A stretch of DNA of 64,000 nucleotides from Polymyxa betae A26-41 (Eukaryota > Protista > Endomyxa: Phytomyxea). Location of the stretch: assembly GCA_003693705.1 (NCBI GenBank), contig RBZT01000954.1, forward strand, positions 1 to 64,000. Direction: 5' to 3'. Below are positions 63,490-64,000 of this stretch, in pieces. Each line of letters starts with the position of its first letter. Position 1 is the stretch's first letter. Both the position numbers and the translations under genes were made by a program. Below the pieces are notes generated by a model. The model worked only from the letters and a program-made list of their open reading frames with translations, ran no database searches and was not told the DNA's origin.

Positions 63490-63935
63490 ATGCGGGATCT
63501 CAGTCTGAATGAGACGGATTTCCCTTCCTCTTATGTCAATATGTCTCATCCAGATGATATGAAAGAATCCGATAAACCCATCGTCCCACAATACATTAGA
63601 CATCGAGAACCCGCTCATCACCGATTATTATTTCGTATATCTTTTAAATTGGAGAATGGCAAATTTGTCCCCTTTACCTTCGTATGTGATACAGGAGCTC
63701 CTTCTGATTTCTATCTTTCTCGTAAAGCCTTATCAATTTTAAAACAAGGAGGACGAATTAAAACTTCTGAACTTGATCAACTTTATGTAGAGCTGGCGAG
63801 GAAAAGGCCCTGGTGAAAGAAACCCCGGTTAATCATGAGCCTGGAAATATCATGGGGCTCTTGATGTTGGAGAAACTTCATCTACATTTGAATGAGAGAC
63901 AGTTTCGCTTAACAAAACTCTCAGAATATTTTTAA
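63490..63935 (+). pseudogene. Single-domain retropepsin-like aspartic protease with one frameshift
   Basis: FTFVCDTGAPSDFYLS; an alternative frame after ~63805 continues ALVKETPVNHEPGNIMGLLMLEKLHL...* at 63935. Confidence 0.6.
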
Positions 63936-64000
63936 ATTCTGAATAAAATCACGAGATCTATACGTAATTTTTTTCTATTAATATCCATCCAACTCGCCAA

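Overview
Eukaryotic nuclear DNA: compact genes, short GT-AG introns (about 45-250 nt), standard code. Gene content, intron size and TTAGGG/TTTTAGGG-like motifs suggest a small-genome flagellated protist, possibly a plasmodiophorid such as Spongospora; this is an inference and was not verified. The window has three zones. (1) 1-24 kb is gene-dense housekeeping DNA: RBBP4/MSI1-like WD40, MAP2K, INTS14-like, PCF11, ALG13, a URC1-URC4 uracil-catabolism fusion gene, RFC3/5, transaldolase and DBP4. (2) 24-39 kb holds signalling and secretory genes: two divergent paralogous 7TM-RGS receptors, a secreted protein with an F-box-like motif and a duplicated helical domain, a TTLL glutamylase, a GT25-like glycosyltransferase and a secreted Reeler protein. 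(3) 39-64 kb is gene-poor and decayed: a patchwork Ty3/gypsy relic carrying a solo LTR (5-bp TSD) and joined in frame to a Ty1/copia RNase H fragment, several disrupted genes, a putatively secreted deaminase-like protein, an HDxxH orphan and a frameshifted retropepsin-like gene. Best leads: the URC1-URC4 fusion, the 7TM-RGS pair, and the F-box-like and deaminase-like candidate effectors. Exon models were built by eye and all family calls rest on motif recognition, not on searches.
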